A stretch of 63,828 nt of DNA, counting the filler, from Lenisia limosa (taxonomy: Eukaryota > Protista > Breviatea), in the NCBI GenBank assembly GCA_001655205.1. It is 12 parts of 12 records of this genome, joined end to end, with 100 filler letters (N's around TTAATTAATTAA, not from the genome) between each part and the next. Parts side by side here need not be neighbours in the genome. Positions count along the whole stretch, not along the records: positions 34,032 to 60,405 come from LPNZ01007057.1; 11 more parts are not named here. One strand, given 5' to 3'. Positions 37,401-50,260 of the stretch are shown here, piece by piece (within the stretch, counting starts at the first letter, position 1; every line of letters starts with the position of its first letter). The position numbers were made by a program, and so were the translations under genes. The notes beneath the pieces are model-generated. The model worked only from the letters and a program-made list of their open reading frames with translations. It had not been told where the DNA came from and made no database searches.

Positions 37401-37629
37401 NAGTCTGACCTTTCAGACTGTTTGGAAGCAGGTAAGTCATTTAGGGATGGCATTTCTGATGAATGGTTGATGAACAATATCCCAATCCTTCTTTTTAGCT
37501 CTTCTGCAGTTTATCACTAACGTCCTTCTTATTTTTATTATTGTGACCCTTTCAGGTATGAATGAGGTACTGTGTAAGCCTGTCAAGGTGTCAAGCTTAC
37601 AGGGTGTTATGGAGAGCTACCTCAATTAA
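34455..37629 (+). CDS. Response-regulator receiver (REC) domain protein with Ser/Pro-rich linker, partial
   Basis: ALIVEDNMVNQRLL, LILMDISMPVLDGISAT, DCLEAG|MNEVLCKPV..YLN*; upstream S/P-rich exons. Confidence 0.85.
34701..34839 (+). mobile_element. Family B intronic repeat ending at the splice acceptor
   Basis: CTGTAGAAGCGACTG..AACCCTCGTG..CAACAGAGTTAATTTTGGGCC..TTTTCCAATTTTACCTCCTCCCCTCCCCAG|. Confidence 0.8.
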
Positions 37630-38166
37630 TGTTGTTTATTATTTTAGTTTCCTTCGGTATTTTCTGTATTATGTTTGATTTTCTTTGTTTATTAGTGTTG
37701 ATCCTATGTTTCGTTATTTAAATGTATTTCCTCTGCTCTCCACCGCCTTGTGATTGTGAGTGAGTTCAAATGGAGGCATTATTATTTAAATGTATGATTG
37801 TTTTTTTTTTTGTTTTAGGAAATTGATGAAAAAAAAGTTGGTTCGTGATGGAACCTGTTGTGTGGGGTGGGTGATGCAAGTGGACAAAGGGGGGGGGAAC
37901 TAAAAGGGGAATAAAACNNNNNNNNNNNNNNNNNNNNNNNNNNNNNNNNNNNNNNNNNNNNNNNNNNNNNNNNNNNNNNNGAGGATTGAGGGGCTCAGGA
38001 ACACGTGAGGGGATAAAAAGGGGGAAATGCTGTGAATTCAAGGGGGATAAAAAGTCTTTCCTATACAAGCAATACGGAAGTAACCCATTCAACGAAAAAG
38101 CATCAAAAGCCAAAAGTCCAACAAACCGACAACCAAAACAGCACACAACAAAACCAACTCAATGCC

Positions 38167-39528
38167 TTAACGGAGACCGTGTCCAACATGAGCTTGCTTG
38201 GGCTTGCCAGCAGAGGTAGTGTTGCAAGCGGCGGGCTCAAAGACCTTCCAGAGGCGAAGGGACTCATCACCAGCAGCTGACATGACTGATGTGCCATCAG
38301 GGCTGAGGGCGAGATGAAGGACGCGTTGAGTGTGGGACTTAAGCTCGGTCACCTTTTCCATGGAAGGAAACTTCCACACGGTGATCTGGTTCAGGTTTTG
38401 GCCATGACCAGAAACGAGCTCCCGGGAGTGACGGCTCCAAAGCAAGCTGCAGACCTGAGACTTGGTGTCAACTTCGTTAATGCAGGCCCCGGTCTGGGTG
38501 TTCCAGAAACGGATATGCCTGTCAGCGAGTCCACCGCCAGTGGCAAGGATGTTAGCCTCCCACGGACACCAAGCAAGGGCCTTAACAGCAGAGCAATGGT
38601 AGGAGAGAACATGAGTAGGGACGCCGGAGCCAAAAGAATCGGAATTGTAGACGTTGACAATGTTGTCGTTGCCTCCAGAAGCGATCTGGCTACCATTGGG
38701 CGACCACTTGAGACCACATACCTCAGAGGAATGGGCCTGGAAGCGTGCTACCATGGCGTTACGTTGACGGACATCCCATGAAATGATCTCACCGTCTCTG
38801 GCACCCGAAGCCAAAACAAAAGAGTTCCACGAAAGAGCGGTAACCCCATCAGAATGACCACGAAGAGTACGCATCTTGCGACGAGAACTCATGTCCCAAA
38901 CCTCGATCGATCCCTGAGTAGTACCAATCGCAAGGAAGGCACCATCGGCAGAGAAAGAGAGGGAAGTTGGAGCATTACCAGCGGCAGCAGTGAGCGGGGC
39001 AATCTCACCAGATTCAGAGTTCCAAATATAAACTTGATCGGCGAGAGCAACAGCAACATGATTGTTGACAGACCAGTCCAAAACGTTGACGTAGAAGTCG
39101 TCGCTAAGGCCAGGAGCGTCCAGAACGCGCACAGGGCGAGATGAAATATGACGAGACTGGGTACGAGGAGCAACAGTGCGGTTTCCAGAATACAACACAC
39201 GGAGATCGTTGTAGTAACCCTCGCGAGGAGCAGGGGCTTTGCTTTTGAAGGCAAGGACGCGAGCTGTGCTCGATCCGACGATTTCCTCAGAAACACGCGA
39301 CTTGTAGGCTTCCTTGATGGGAGTCGAGTCACCATTCTGGCTGTTCTCGTTGCTTAAAGCGAGGCAGGAAGCCTCAACATCATAAGAGCGACGGTTGGAG
39401 ATAAAACGATCACCAGAAGAAGAAGCTAAAGCCTCTTGCTTGCGTTTCCAGCGGGGAACTGAAGCAGCGGAGGTGAGAGGAGTGGCCAAAAGGTCATTGA
39501 GGTCAAGATCACAGTTGAAAGAACTCAT
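38167..39528 (-). CDS. CDC20: APC/C co-activator CDC20/Fizzy, intronless
   Basis: Single ORF from ATG 39528: C-box DRFI, RVLAFKSKAP, RVLDAPGLSDDFY, WD40 repeats, AVKALAWCP and a C-terminal LR tail. Confidence 0.95.
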   Translation of the reverse strand: MSSFNCDLDLNDLLATPLTSAASVPRWKRKQEALASSSGDRFISNRRSYDVEASCLALSNENSQNGDSTPIKEAYKSRVSEEIVGSSTARVLAFKSKAPAPREGYYNDLRVLYSGNRTVAPRTQSRHISSRPVRVLDAPGLSDDFYVNVLDWSVNNHVAVALADQVYIWNSESGEIAPLTAAAGNAPTSLSFSADGAFLAIGTTQGSIEVWDMSSRRKMRTLRGHSDGVTALSWNSFVLASGARDGEIISWDVRQRNAMVARFQAHSSEVCGLKWSPNGSQIASGGNDNIVNVYNSDSFGSGVPTHVLSYHCSAVKALAWCPWEANILATGGGLADRHIRFWNTQTGACINEVDTKSQVCSLLWSRHSRELVSGHGQNLNQITVWKFPSMEKVTELKSHTQRVLHLALSPDGTSVMSAAGDESLRLWKVFEPAACNTTSAGKPKQAHVGHGLR

Positions 39529-39792
39529 TATTGCGTATAAAAACACAGTTGTAATTAACCGTTACAAAACAAATACTTCAACAAAAGGGACAAGTTCAGT
39601 TCAGTTCAGTTCTATTGTTGACGCTGTAAGCTTAATTTTCTTTTAATAACTACTTCACAACTATATTAGCTTAGTTAATTATATTTATCCTATATAGTAA
39701 GAAGGATTTATGGCGAAGAAGACAAACAATTCACGCTTCACATCTGGAAGTTAAAAACGTTGCTTCTTCCCCTTTCTCTCTCCCTCGCCACA

Positions 39793-40080
39793 ATGGAAGT
39801 TGACTTTTATTTTGGAATATGTAAACACTGTAAAAAGTGTGATTTTGTTACAAAGTGCAGCAGATGCAACATTGTAACGTTTTGCTCCGAGAGGTGTTCT
39901 GATCTTGAAGGTTTGCTAAGTACTGGCTGCATCATACATGATATTATTATAACTAAATGATTAAAAGCAATTAATTTTGCCCACATTTGCCTCATTGTCA
40001 CAGCTCACTCATGCATTGAAACTTCAACAATTCCTGTCTCTGCCATTGATGTTCTTTCCATCTTGGAGTCCACGTAGGAG
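39793..40080 (+). CDS. MYND-type zinc-finger gene, partial
   Basis: MEVDFYFGICKHC...KCSRCNIVTFCSE; downstream structure unresolved. Confidence 0.5.
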
Positions 40081-40242
40081 AATAATGACAATATTTGTCC
40101 CTAACCATATAGTACTTCGAAGCAACTTTGGCTTTCTTGTCTTGTCAGACTTTGGGACCTCTTCTGGTATGAGGGCAATTAGTAGTTGGCCCTGAGCCCA
40201 CCTAAAACAAAAAAAAAATTGGCGGGAGCTTATCAGGCAGAC

Positions 40243-40313
40243 AATTTCGTCCTGGAATTGAACCAGGGTTTTTTGTTCTTCAGACAAATGCTTAACCTCT
40301 TAGCCAACGATGA
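40243..40313 (-). tRNA. tRNA-Phe(GAA)-like gene with mismatched acceptor stem (pseudogene or edited)
   Basis: TCATCGT TG GCTA-AGAGGTT-AAGC A TTTGT-CTGAAGA-ACAAA AAAC CCTGG-TTCAATT-CCAGG ACGAAAT T. Confidence 0.6.
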
Positions 40314-40534
40314 AGCCCGATAAAGTGCGCCAAAAGGATAATGAACCGATTTTGTTGAAATTCTTCAACTTTTTTTTTGAAGCTCTTTTTTCTTGAAAAA
40401 TCTTTTTACTGAATGTTGTTTTTATAAATACATTGATTGTTCTTTCAAAAAAAATTGAAAAATTGGCCAGTTTTCAATCAAGTAAACATAATATCCTATT
40501 ATTATGAAAATTAAACTAAAAGTCAGAAAGTATA

Positions 40535-42780
40535 ATGTCTTCTGATGACATTACCAACCAGCAACCTTTACTTTTTTTCATAATCAGATTTGGGTGTTTT
40601 GTAACACTCCATTAGTCACCTATCGATATAACCCACAGTACGGCATCTTCGCTCCCTGCATTATACCCCCCGCCTCCTTCTCGCAAAAATCCCGTACCCC
40701 TTGGTAAATTGAACCACCTGGCCAAGAACATTTTGATGGAAGTCAGCAGAAGGCTTGCTATTTGGGCAGAAGGTTGGGGGGTTACGTTTGATTGTTCTTG
40801 GATTAGTTACTTGTTAATAAAAGGCCAAATAATCTAAACCTTCCCTTTAATTTTAAGCAGAAGCAGCAAGTCATTTGGAAGAAGCTGTATGTGGGTTTTT
40901 TAGTTATTATTTTGAGCGCTTACCTTTGGAAATTCATGCGATGATTTTTTGTCTAGTTATAGTGTAGAATCTCCATGAGTTTCTTCGTCTTATTGAACTC
41001 TGTTCCCCCGCTGTTGCCTATGAATCTTCCGAGATAAGACATTCAGCCGACTATGACCTAAACTTAGATAGTAGGATTCTTGGAATGAAATGCAGATGGA
41101 TCCAGTATCGAGAAAGTCTGACTTAAGCCACTTTACATCATTTTCCCCAGACGTCAAGGAGCCTGAGTTTGCTACTTTGCTAATGGCCAATATTTGTCTT
41201 CCTCTCGCGTCGAAACTCTCTTCAGCCTCGCATAAAGCAGTAGGGAATTGGAGCATTACAAGTTTCTGCTTGTTGAATATTTGCTTTAATATTGTAGAAA
41301 TCAAGCGTACTTGAATTTTGTGTCAATTTGCTACAGTCCCCCGCACTATCTTCTGTTTCAAACGCGGCTCTTCCCGTTTTTCTGGAAGTTCTCTTACTTG
41401 TCCCTGAAGAAATGTTGGTGGAATTGAGTATTATTACATTTGGTATATCCAATACCAGTTAATATAAGAAGTGTTTTATTTTGGGAAGTGCTGAACGTTT
41501 TGAAGTAAAACTCTGAAATTAAAAGGCCGTGCAAAGGATCTCTCAAAGTTCAACTCTGCCAATATCTTTGGATGAATTACCAGGAGCATTTGGCCATCAT
41601 TAGCCTCGCATCTGTCTTCGAAGACTTAATTGAGAACTCTTCACCTGAGGTTTGTGTCCAGAAAAGTGCTATCAAGGTAATATACCATGATGTGTGATAA
41701 GTTCCGATGATGTGTGTAATAAGTGCGGGCTATAACGAATCTTATGACACCATTGTTCTCTTGGAAGAGCTGTCATTGACATTTTCAGGAACTGGTGAAG
41801 TACCTTGACGTTTTTGTGGAACAGCCTATGTCATTTACGAAGGCTTGTCCTGGTAGGAGTTATCACTTTGTGTAATGAACGTTTTCTGAGAATATTCTGT
41901 TGTCTTTTTCCCTCTGGTGCATGTATTATTCTGGATACAGGATACCTGGACTGTTCTTGTTCAACATTTTTAATATTGTCCTTGTTGATCTCAAAAGACC
42001 CTGACGTTGACTCAAGTTTCATCGCCGCTATTGCCAGGATCTTACACTGTCTTCTTGATAATGATGGTGGGGGGAGGGGGTTTGGTTTTGAACGGGCTGC
42101 TTTCTCTTTATCAATGATTGTTTTCGGTTCGAAAAAAGACTGAATTTCTCAAAAAAATCCTCGAAAACAATCGATATTTTACCGGGTTTTTTCGAACCGA
42201 TGTGAAGCCCTAGTTGTGTCACTTCAGCCAGAGCTGACATCATTACATAAATCCAAAGAGGAAGTTATATATTTTTATTGAATCTTCAGTTGTTGTCTCG
42301 AAATGCCGCAGTCTTGGAGAAACATCCCCCTTCTTCGCTCATATTTCCCAACATTTACCGGCTGCGCTTTCACTTCCTCTCGAAATGGATCTTCAATTAC
42401 CAGGTTAGCAGATCGCCAGTCTTTTTGTAAAACAAACGATGGGGTAAATGACTACTGCGGTCTTCCTTGTATTTCAACACGCTCTAACGGCTCGTCGTTT
42501 AGACTGTAACCCCCTCCTAACCCCATCCAATCCTGACGTTTGTGACATTTTGGAAGAGCTTGGTGTTTCTGTACCTGACCCAACTCTTGACTTTATTTTT
42601 GAACAGGTAAGCTATTGATAGCAATGGTAACCAATAGGGGAGAGGAAGTGTATTGTTGCAAATTCCTTATTTTTCATCTTATGAAGAAGAAACTCTCTTT
42701 ATAACTTAACAGAGCACTTTGTTATAGGTTCAGGAAAAGCAGTCACGAAATCCGATCAGTTTAAGTCAAGCGTTGGCTAT
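40535..42780 (+). CDS. Armadillo/HEAT-like helical repeat protein
   Basis: Chain of Leu-rich helical exons (KLNHLAKNILMEVSRRLAIWAE, FATLLMANICLPLASKL, DPDVDSSFIAAIARILHCLLDND); family assignment is by composition only. Confidence 0.5.
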
Positions 42781-42998
42781 CCTTGATAGTTATGTCAATT
42801 TGTAATGGTTATGGTAATGGTCTCATGGTAACAATAATGTTTCTAATACTTATTTAATGTTTGGTGAGTAGACTTTGTAGAAAGGGTATAAAGCGGTTTT
42901 ATTAAATCAGAAAGAAACAATTAAGAAAACGAAAAATCTACTTCACCGTTCGCGTATCCACCATGGTTCCGGTTTCACCAAACTCCTCTCATTATTCT

Positions 42999-44674
42999 TT
43001 AGGGAAGAGACAGAGCTGTTTTTGTCTTGAATTTTCTTCCAGCCCTATCTCCAGGCTTATATGTGAAATGGCTCCCAATGAGAGTGAACTTTTTGCTGCA
43101 AGCCTTCACTGTCAGGAAAACAAAAAAAGAAGAAAAAAAAAGGCCTTGGTTGTTTTGGAATAAAAAAAGCTACTGTTCAATCCCTCATACCTCAAATGAG
43201 AAAAGAATTCCTTCTTTCGCAATGGCTGACGAGGTTAGCGAAAGGGAATGGTGAAAAATAAAAGCATGTAGAGGGATTATCTGACTTCCCCCCGTTATCA
43301 CCATTGTATTCTCACAAAAGTCCTCCGGTCAAATAGCCACCGAGGATAATAATGGACAGTAACGTAATCGGGTTTCATAAGCAACTAAAATACAATACTA
43401 GTTAACCTGTCGCCCCTTGCCCACTAATGGTTCGGTCCTTTTCTGTTACGAGGGTCAACGTATTTTCGGACTCAAGAATGCAGATACCTGTGAGTCCAGT
43501 TTGACTGTCACACCGTGCTTCTTCAACTGGGAGGGGAGGGGTGATGCAAAGAAAATTTGCATGGAAAATGGCGAAGGTGTAAAAATTGGCTGTGGCACAT
43601 TTGAGAGTGTGCGAAACAAACTTGTTTCGATTCGACCTGCGACCTGCGACTACTTACTAAAAAACTAATTATAATAAAAATATCACGAATATATATAAAA
43701 AAAATCTTCTATAGTCTTCAAAAGATGAAGTGAATAGGACAGATAAGCAGTTTCTATTCACCAACTTTTAATTTTGGCACCAGTCAAATCAAGCTTTACT
43801 GCTCGAGAATTCAGGTTATCGCCACTACAATATCAAATGTCTAAATCTCAATTCAACGGTTCAAAAAAATAAAGAACCAAGAACCATGACTTAGTCAGAG
43901 TAACTTTCATCAGGCAGTCCCCCCTCAGCCTACCTCATATCTTGAAGCGTGGTTTGTGAGTAACTTGCCCACATATTGTGAAGCGGCAAAGCATCTTGGT
44001 ACCTGGGAATCAGCAAATCGTTCATATTTTACCCGAGAGTTTAGACAATCTTTGAAACTTCTCAACTCAAAAGAAAAGGCCAGAGATTTGAAGAGAAGCC
44101 CCAGCTTACTTCATTGGCCTGATTGATACACCACTCTTCAGCTTGCCGCCTGACGTTTTGACCCTAAGGTTACGGTTGATTTCTCGAGCCCTTCTGACGC
44201 GTTTACCTTGGGACAGTTAAAGAAAGGTAGATCTAAGTTATCTGATGGCGGAAAACTGGAAATTTTAAAATTCTTTTTGTTCATCTCTCAAGTCAATTGA
44301 GTTGAATCACTCCACCTCAAGAAGAATAAGATTGGGTATTCATACTCCTTGGCAACATAAAACCACCCAAGTACCTCGAGCATCCTTGAGGACAACCCCG
44401 CTGAGAGCCTTTCCTCCGACATCTTCTGTAGGCTTGCTGCTTTGATAAGGAACCGCCAACATCAGGTCCTTATACTTCACCTTCTTCTCCACTGTGTCTT
44501 TACCCACAATATGCTAAAATATAAGCTTCAGTCCGTATAATAATTTAAAAGGAAATACTACAAACAGAGCCTTACCTCAAGCGGGGTTAGTGGTTTGCAG
44601 TTGCCTGGAAAAGGGGGAGGTCGAATTGCCGGATGCAACTCGTCAAAATGATGACTTTTCTTCTTGCTACTCAT
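42999..44674 (-). CDS. POP4: RNase P/MRP subunit p29
   Basis: YQDALPLHNMWASY, KLDLTGAKIKVV, TGLTGICILESENTLTLVT, IAKEGILFSFE, LIGSHFTYKPGDRAGRKFK..LP*. Confidence 0.85.
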
Positions 44675-44907
44675 GATAATACCCAAAGAAATGCAAAAGG
44701 GATCGTTTTGAAAAACCAGAGCAAAGACGGCAACATGGGGTGATAATAATATACTATATAAGTTAACACAGTTTTGCAAAAATCATATTAAGCTGAACAA
44801 ATCACACAACAAACAAACCCTGAACAAACCACAAACTTGTGTCAAGTACATTAAAGAACAAATTTGCTGAACAAAAATTCGTCTAGGTTGAACACCCTTC
44901 AGAACAG

Positions 44908-46253
44908 ATGGTAATCACTCCGATAACTTTATTTACTTTTAGATTCATTTTTTCTTGCTGATAAGCAGGCAAGGAGTTGTAAGATTGTCAAAATGGTATT
45001 CACCATATTCACAGGTTGGTCTCAGAAATATTGACAGCCCAATAATAAGTATATTGAGTATATTTATATCTAAGTATAAGAGATCAAAGTGGGAAGTTGT
45101 TTCATTTTTTTTGTTAATTCCTTTTAGAAGCAAAAGACGAAGATTGAGAGGGATTTATGCACCCAAGTGCTCAATAGACACCACAAAATGTGTAATTTTC
45201 TTGACTACAGAGACTTGAAAGTCGTTTACAGAAGGTTTCCTTCCCCTTTATCCCTTCTCGGACTAACTCTCCTTCAGATACGCATCGTTGTGGTTTTTGG
45301 CGTGCTGTGACCAAGATGACAATGAACTTCTTACTTTGGAGATCATCCATCACTTTGTGGAATCATTGGACAGATACTTTGGCAACGTAAGGCAAAGAGT
45401 TTCTGGGTATCCTTATCTCGTTTAGGTGTGTGAATTAGATTTGATTTTCAACTTCAATAAGGTGAGATGGTTGCTCCTTTTGGTATTATTTTATTTTGTC
45501 GAAACAGTCATTCCAGAGTGTCAATCAACTTCTTCACCTTTCTTGATATAGCTACTAGAAATCCCTTTTTGTACTATATTTTAATCCTGTAATCCATCTT
45601 TATTTGAGACTAAATAATTACAATTTTGAAAGAAACTGTCTTGTATTAGGGGGTGTTTTCCTCTTAAATGATTATGATGTGGCATTTGAATGGGGATAGG
45701 TGATTACTCTTTTGACATTAGTTTCCCTGCAAAAGATGGATTTTCCCACTGTATCAGGTTATTATAGTGCAATGATAGAGGGTGATGAACAGTAACCCTG
45801 GGGATTTTTTTTTGGGGGGGGGGTTGTTCGTATTCATTTACATTTTTATTCGGCACCTGCTTTCTTGTGATCTCTGCCCCTTTTTGGAAATACTTCTCTT
45901 CATTTTTTGTTCTTATTCCTATGAAAATACGATTAAATATTTTAAAAGGGCTATTAACAGAGGGGGGACCAGAAGACGGAGTTGGGTGGTTGAACATGTT
46001 CTTCATTAATAACGTTCTCATAGTTAAAATTTCCCAAACTCCTTCCCTTAACAGTTCTCATCTTGGCAACATGGTACCTAAAAAAAAGCGTTTCAGCCAG
46101 TAACTTGTGTATTTGACGATGTAGGCGTACCACTTGCTAGACGAGCTGCTGATAGGCGGGGAGGTTCAGGAGTCATCAAAGAAGTCGATCTTGAGATCGC
46201 TGGCTCAGCAGGACCATCTTGTCGAAGAGTCCTCAAATCAGAAGGACCTTTAA
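44908..46253 (+). CDS. AP1S: AP-1 adaptor complex sigma subunit
   Basis: ATG-only first exon, then [55 protein letters not shown] and [20 protein letters not shown]. Confidence 0.92.
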
Positions 46254-46497
46254 GTTGGTTTGGTTGATGAAGTTTTGATAATTGTGAATGATGGAGAAAA
46301 CTAAAAGGTGATCTCTGGCCGGCTGCTTCAATTTTTATCACCCAGTTATTTTCAGAAAAATTAAATGACAGAAACGTGTTAAGCTTCAAGGTAGAAGTGG
46401 TGGTCTTGACTTGAGTTGAGGTATTGGATCATTTGCTCTGCAAAAGATAAAATGGAAACAGATATCACAATGGAGGAGAAGGTAAATGAAGGGGGAA

Positions 46498-49400
46498 TTA
46501 GTTGTTTTCTCCCATCATACCTCCAACAAAGGACACAATTGGAATGTATGGGATGATTCGACCAATAACATCAACTGGTTTTCTGGAGTGGTTATATTGA
46601 GCTTCACTAAAAAGAATTTCTACAATGCATAGACGGGAAAGCACAAAATCTCCTTTTCCAATAAATTCAAATAGCATTTCTGTGAGCAATGAATCATCCA
46701 AATTTCCTTTGTTTCTGGATTTTGCTCTTATCATAAACAGTGATTTACCCTCCTTCACCATTCGACATCAAAATTTCCTTCGTTTCAATTCCCCTCGCCC
46801 CCACTTGAGAAGTGCATGGTACATTGGGGGGCGAACGAGGTAGTACCAAAGGCCGGCCTGGCGTGCGGAGTGCGTGGATCTATTACTGGAAGGGGGGATG
46901 GCGTTGCCGCTGAACTTCTGCGACTTTTCCACGGCCAGGGTTCCCTTGTCTAATTGAAGGTTACAGATGGGGAAGAATGATAAAATCTCTGGAAGCAACC
47001 AATTTCTCGGTATTCAATATAAACGTGGTAATTACAATTCGGCTTTTTTTTATCCTTATCAATTCCAAAGCCCACTACTTCTGCCAACTTCCCGTAACCA
47101 ACCCATTATATACAGAGACGAAAGATCAAGAATCAAACTTCCCGCCCATGCTCTCCAGGAGAGCCTTGACATTTTCCAACATAACGCTAGATTATCAGAA
47201 ATAAATGAAAAACATTATCAACCAACTGAAATTGTGTAAAATGTGAGGCACTCCCCCCCCCCCCCCNNNNNNNNNNNNNNNNNNNNNNNNNNNNNNNNNN
47301 NNNNNNNNNNNNNNNNNNNNNNNNNNNNNNNNNNNNNNNNNNNNNNNNNNNNNCACCACCGTTCCTTAATTCGGACCTGGAAGGAAATCGAATTAAAGAG
47401 AAAAACTCCTGAGATTTTTTGAAAACTAAAGGCAGAAGAACAAACTAGTAATAAAATCATGTGAAGGAAGAATCCACTCGCAAGACTTTGGTACAGGAAA
47501 TTGCCGCTCACTTTGTGACCTTTTCAGCTGTCAGCACTTTCACAGCAGATGAAGTTGATGTAGCAAGAGATCTACAACTCCTAAAATAGCAAAATGAGAA
47601 AGTGCATTGACCGAAAAAAAGAAAAGCTCACGTTTCCATGATAAAAACAAGGCAGCAAGAACCCACAGTTTGAACGAAGTGAAGAGAGGCGGATGGGGGG
47701 GCGTATGCTTGCTTCCAATCTTAGATTTCCAATCAATAAGCCGTCCTATTTAATAAAAAAAACAATACTTGAATTTTAACATTTTGATGAAATATAGTCA
47801 CGGGTTCCCCTTTGTTCGATAAGACCTGTATAATAGCCATATGTATCTAATATACACGGGTGAATCGTGATGGTGTAGACGGCTTCCGCCAGACACCACC
47901 TATTTTGATTTCACATCTCAACATCGCTATCCAGTTTACTACCATAAAAGGAATCCTATTTGTTTTTGAGTCCTGACAATGACCAAAATAGTATGACCTT
48001 GTGTTGTGTCCCAATGCTCACTAGGCTTTCTTGGGGTTCTTTTTGAAAACGTGCTACTCTCTAAAATCTGACATTGTCAGAACAAAACAGAGTACATCTC
48101 ATGAGGGTTTGACTTCGGTTCGAAAAAGACCGGTAAAATATCGATAGTTTTTGAAGATTTATCGAGAAATTCAGTCTTTTTTGAACCGAAGTGAAGCCCA
48201 AATCATGAGAGAGATATACCATAATTGACTTAAGGTGGCCCACATGGGAATCAATAGGGTTCACACGTGCGGGGCTGGGAAGGAAAAACGACTCAATAAC
48301 GCTCATTTTCTTCCTTGAAAGGAGCAGAAGAAGGCGAAGAGTGGTGCTGAACATATCAAAACTATAACATCGAGTTCTTCAAAGTAGTGAGCACTATTAG
48401 GAGTAATCTTTGCCCCCACTCCAACTACTCTCAAATCACCCCATATACCGAATTACTTCCATAAACGCCACCGTTTTAGCGCGACAATCACATGTGTCTC
48501 CAACAAGCTCAATGAGAATCTGAAGGATTACTGCAAGAGCTTCATTTAGGTTCCCAAAAGCAATAAGCCCTTGACAAAAGTTTATTTATAAGTTTGGAGA
48601 AGAAAGAATTGAATCCTGACCGATCAATTGATAAGGAGAAAAACAATCCCTCTCTCTGAATTTTGTAGACTTTATTGCATACATTGTCTCTCAAAAAAAC
48701 CCAAACTCGACTGAATATACATAATACATATAACGGATGTGGTCATTAACTACCTATCCCACTCAAGGACAAGCTTACCTGAACCGAAGAAAAGAGAGAC
48801 AGAAGGAAGAGAAGAATGGTGTTGCCTTGAGGAGCATCAGTAGTACTGAAGTGTAATTGGATAATTCCACGAGGAAGAAAAAATACACACAAAATGTGAA
48901 ATCTCAATTAATAATATCAATACAATGGCATAATATAGCAATTAAAAATAAAAAAAACATATTATGTACTGAAGAAAGGATTGAAATTAGGTTGTTGTAA
49001 TTATTCCTTGATTAACTATAAAAATAATTCCAGATTCATTTGACATATGTAATTAATACCAAAATGAATTGCATACAGTCCAAGTAAAAAATACAAATAT
49101 AAATGTTACAAAATAATACTAAGATGAAAATATTAAATTCTTCAAAAACACTCTTTTATTAAGAGCTACACCCTTAGGATAGGCATACAGAGAGTCGCCA
49201 CCACTGCCCCTGAAGACTTCCCTTTGAGGAGTGAGGAACCCGTCCAGATCGTGAGGAACTGGCTGAAGCTGGAGGGTTGGAAGAATGGTGGTGTCAATTA
49301 AAATAATACTATTGTTTAAAAATTGTAATAATGCAGAATATCCAACTTCCGCCAAAACTCACCATGCAATTTCATTTGATACCTCATGTTAACCGCAACC

Positions 49401-50260
49401 CCGCAAACCGGGACTTTCTTTCTTTTCTTAATGAGAATCAAATCATGGAAAACGCTGATGATGTTCACTGCCGAAAACACTGCACAAATAAGGTGGAGGT
49501 AAGGGAGGTAAGGGATTTAACATACCTAAGATTGTTCACACTTGTGAAAATGACCCCCAAAAAAGGATACATTCCACGTTTGTGGAACCAACAAACACTT
49601 GACCTCCCTCCCACCAATTTCACATCTGAGAATGGAGGAGGCAAAGCGGCCAGGCAACAGCCAAATTCCAGTACGGAAGAAATCCTCAACCTGCCCAACT
49701 GGAAAGGTCACATACAATTGAGAAGAAGGGTGGAGAGTAAAATTGAAAAATTTATGAAACAAAAAAGGCCCAAAATCAACTTTGTTGGCTGACAGCACGA
49801 GGGTTGATAATAAAAAAAAAAAAAAACAAAGCCCAGTCACTTCTGCAGCACTGCATAACATCAGGGTAATGTTACAATTACAGGAATGGGGTGTAATTTT
49901 ATTTTCCCCATCTTCAGAGAGGATACAACGTGAGCACAAAAGATAATGAGTCACACAATTGAGAATTCCCTCACCAGCATAAGTCTGATTCTGGACGAAA
50001 GATAGATAGGCATTGAAGGCTTCCTCGGTCTTGGCCCGAAGCCGTCCTTTTCCTAAAGGGAGAATGGTAAATATATCGTGAGCATGTCCAGCAAAAATCG
50101 CACCAAATACCAAGCAAATAAAAATTGATCTAGCCTATTAACCTATGGCTTCATTGCCCACTTACTAGGGGATGGTGGGTGGTCGAAGGGGGTGATCTTC
50201 CCCATTCTGATTGTTCAAGGGCAAGTGAGGGACCTATCCAAGTCTTCTTTGGTCTGCTTG
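46498..50260 (-). CDS. Large multi-exon hypothetical protein
   Basis: Phase-compatible exons such as VFGAIFAGHAHDIF, GQVEDFFRTGIWLLPGRF, DTTILPTLQLQPVPHDLDGF, AVILQILIELVGD..VIR|FDMFSTTLRLL, and a last exon ending GGMMGENN*. Start not located. Confidence 0.55.
49734..49848 (-). mobile_element. Family B intronic repeat (sense to host gene, ~33 nt from acceptor)
   Basis: Reverse complement of CTGCAGAAGTGACTGGGCTTTG..AACCCTCGTG..GTCAGCCAACAAAGTTGATTTTGGGCC..TTTCATAAATTTTTCAATTTTACTC. Confidence 0.8.

Noticed and set aside
38314-39357. Several long ORFs antisense or off-frame to CDC20 (also 10394-10717, 46093-46389, 63460-63735)
   Set aside because: Shadow ORFs of codon-biased or low-complexity real exons, with no recognisable motifs.
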